Origin: Candidatus Omnitrophota bacterium
Lineage (GTDB): Bacteria; Omnitrophota; Gorgyraeia; Zapsychrales; JANLHA01
Assembly (NCBI GenBank): GCA_029560465.1
Contig: JAKQKX010000045.1
Location: 280,260 to 344,259, forward strand
Length of the DNA: 64,000 bases
Direction of reading: 5' to 3'
The translations under genes and the position numbers were made by a program. The notes under the pieces are model-generated. The model saw only the letters and a program-made list of their open reading frames with translations, did no database searches and was not told the DNA's origin. Positions 62,106 to 64,000 of the stretch are shown piece after piece (position 1 is the stretch's first letter; each line of letters begins with the position of its first letter).

Positions 62106-64000
62106 TCAGGATGAAAAGCAGACCACTTTCTGCGACACCACGTCTGACATGATCTTTAATGACCTCTGACTTACGTCATAAACGCCTAAAAGGTCCTCAT
62201 ACTTGCGTGATTCCGGTATGAGCGCGGCAAACAAATTCTTTGAATCCGTAAGCCATCCCCGGTTAAACACCACGTCTTCGTTATCCGGGAAAAGCGCGGC
62301 ATAAAAAATATTGGTTTCCACCAAGTCCTGGAAGAAGTGCGTCCCGAAAGATAATTCCGGCATCAGTTTCCCTTCTGAAAAAGCGATCTCGGCCAGGACA
62401 GAAATATTATTGATCTCGGCAAACCTGACCGGCACGCCTAATGACGGCGTGGTGGTCCCCCACCGCCCCGGCCCCATCAATAGGGTGGGCTGCTCTTCTT
62501 TATTTTTGATCATCCTGTTAAGCGCGCCGACCAGGCGGGCAACCTCATATTTATCCGACAAAATGAGCTGGCTGTATTTCTCAGGGTCCACATAGATGAC
62601 CCGGGCAATCTTCTGGGAAATATTGCCGCCCAGGAAATAGCCCTCAGAATCGAAAAGGATGTTCCGCTTATTGATGCGCGCGGGGATCTCAACCTTGTGC
62701 CCCAGCCCTCTGGTTTGTAACGGCCGGCATTGAAGTAAATTTATTTTGAAAACATTGTCCTTGGCAAAATTCACAGCAAATTCGATCTCCACCGGATAGC
62801 GGTAAGTCACCTCCAGCACCTTCAATATTTTCTTAAAATAATCTGAAAACGCGTAATCCGTAAAAAGTTTATCCATGGTCAAGATCCAACACTCTTTACG
62901 GTCCGTCCCGCCCGAGCGCATCGCATCCATGGCATCAAAATCTTTTACCGCGAAGCGCGACACATTGAAGGCGGCGTTATCTTGGATCAGTCTTTCAAAA
63001 GGCACGGTATCTAAAACATTGGCTTTGGTGTTAATCAGATCAACTTCGTGTTGTGAATATTTCCTTAAGTCATCCTTCTCGGCATAGGGCCTGCGCAAAG
63101 GGTCATCCAAAGCGACCATCCGGGGATAATCACCTTCCACCCGGTTCACCGAACGCGTGCCCAACCCTAAAACCAGCCGCAGCATCCCTGCCTCCGGGTC
63201 AATATTTTTATTCCACACATAGGTGTTGTAAGAGACCCCCACCCCGGCCACATCCGGGAAGAAATAATCCTTGTGATGCGCCCCTGACACCCGCTGCACG
63301 AGAAGCGCCATCTGCTCATCCAGTTTATCCAGCCCCCGCTGTTTCCTGTAAACCAAAGCGTCTTCGTTCATGGTGCTGGCGTAAATTTTTCTTACGGCGT
63401 CGGCGAATTGGATATATCTTTGTTCCGGGGTGCCCTGGTTCGCCAAAAAAATGCTTTCGTATTTTCCGGCAAACGCGTTCCCAAAATCGTCCTCCAACAG
63501 CGAGCTGGAACGGACGATGATCGGAGAGGCACCAAAATATTCCACAATTTGCTGAAACCGCTCCATAATCTCCTCGGGGAATACCCCGAAGAGCATTTTC
63601 TCTTTAAGGACTTTCGCGACGCTGAAATATCCTTCTTCGCTCTTCTGCTGCACATGGAGCTTCCACCAGCGGTTATGAACCATATAGGAATAAAAGATAT
63701 CCGAGCCGATATAAAACGAATCATGCGGTTCGGATATCTTCTGCCAGTCCAGGGCCTTATCCTTGGAAAGGATTTTCCTGGCCAAAAGCATGCCCACGGA
63801 CTTGCCGCCGATAAAACCGGTCCCGATCAACCTGGATTTGATCTCGATCAGCTCAGCGAGCGAGAAATGCTTGACCGCCAGGGAGAAAATTTTCTTGTTC
63901 TTGGCGATCATGATCCCGCAAAGCTTCTTCACCGTACTTTTAATCTTTTCTTCTGAAGCCTTATCCTGCAACAGCTCCTCGGCTTCGATGAACAGCCGGT
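62106..64000 (-). CDS. PEP/pyruvate-binding (PPDK_N ATP-grasp) domain protein, N-terminus outside window
   Basis: IGGK, VRSSSLLED...FAGKYES, GLGTR, EIEFA, LLQCRP; frame open to 64000. Confidence 0.88.
   Translation of the reverse strand, partial: RLFIEAEELLQDKASEEKIKSTVKKLCGIMIAKNKKIFSLAVKHFSLAELIEIKSRLIGTGFIGGKSVGMLLARKILSKDKALDWQKISEPHDSFYIGSDIFYSYMVHNRWWKLHVQQKSEEGYFSVAKVLKEKMLFGVFPEEIMERFQQIVEYFGASPIIVRSSSLLEDDFGNAFAGKYESIFLANQGTPEQRYIQFADAVRKIYASTMNEDALVYRKQRGLDKLDEQMALLVQRVSGAHHKDYFFPDVAGVGVSYNTYVWNKNIDPEAGMLRLVLGLGTRSVNRVEGDYPRMVALDDPLRRPYAEKDDLRKYSQHEVDLINTKANVLDTVPFERLIQDNAAFNVSRFAVKDFDAMDAMRSGGTDRKECWILTMDKLFTDYAFSDYFKKILKVLEVTYRYPVEIEFAVNFAKDNVFKINLLQCRPLQTRGLGHKVEIPARINKRNILFDSEGYFLGGNISQKIARVIYVDPEKYSQLILSDKYEVARLVGALNRMIKNKEEQPTLLMGPGRWGTTTPSLGVPVRFAEINNISVLAEIAFSEGKLMPELSFGTHFFQDLVETNIFYAALFPDNEDVVFNRGWLTDSKNLFAALIPESRKYEDLLGVYDVSQRSLKIMSDVVSQKVVCFSS

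Overview
Bacterial chromosomal window, mostly housekeeping and accessory metabolism, with nearly all genes on the minus strand. Gene style suggests a diderm anaerobe such as Ca. Omnitrophota, but that is inference only. Gene order: a partial Gfo/Idh/MocA oxidoreductase; a GT-C-like glycosyltransferase pair; a trxA-panD-def-lipA-flippase-NYN-mlaE-lipoprotein-mlaF-mlaD-yggT-ybaB-PC4-like-greA string; a B12-radical SAM gene behind a terminator-containing leader; a sensor kinase operon with receiver-only proteins; a glgE-treS/mak-glgB-treZ-treY-mntP operon; speD, FKBP PPIase, csp and a DEAD-box helicase; a YkgJ locus; a TolC-MacA-MacB-ECF sigma-anti-sigma-Spy module; carB; a nitroreductase; pstS; LysM-amidase plus AsmA; trkH; rnk; nfnAB-gdhA; MATE; and a partial PEP-utilising ATP-grasp protein. 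I saw no CRISPR array, rRNA, tRNA, transposase or integrase. The most unexplained structure is at 38.0-39.3 kb: an attenuator-like leader with a uORF, then a YkgJ Cys-cluster protein, then an unannotated 40-aa peptide ending GPGCCGS with a perfect SD, then a ~150-nt structured RNA candidate. Other items missing from the ORF track are a heavily deleted CDF-transporter remnant, a duplicated ECF promoter, a 28-bp perfect palindrome and several leader terminators. All structure calls were made by eye.
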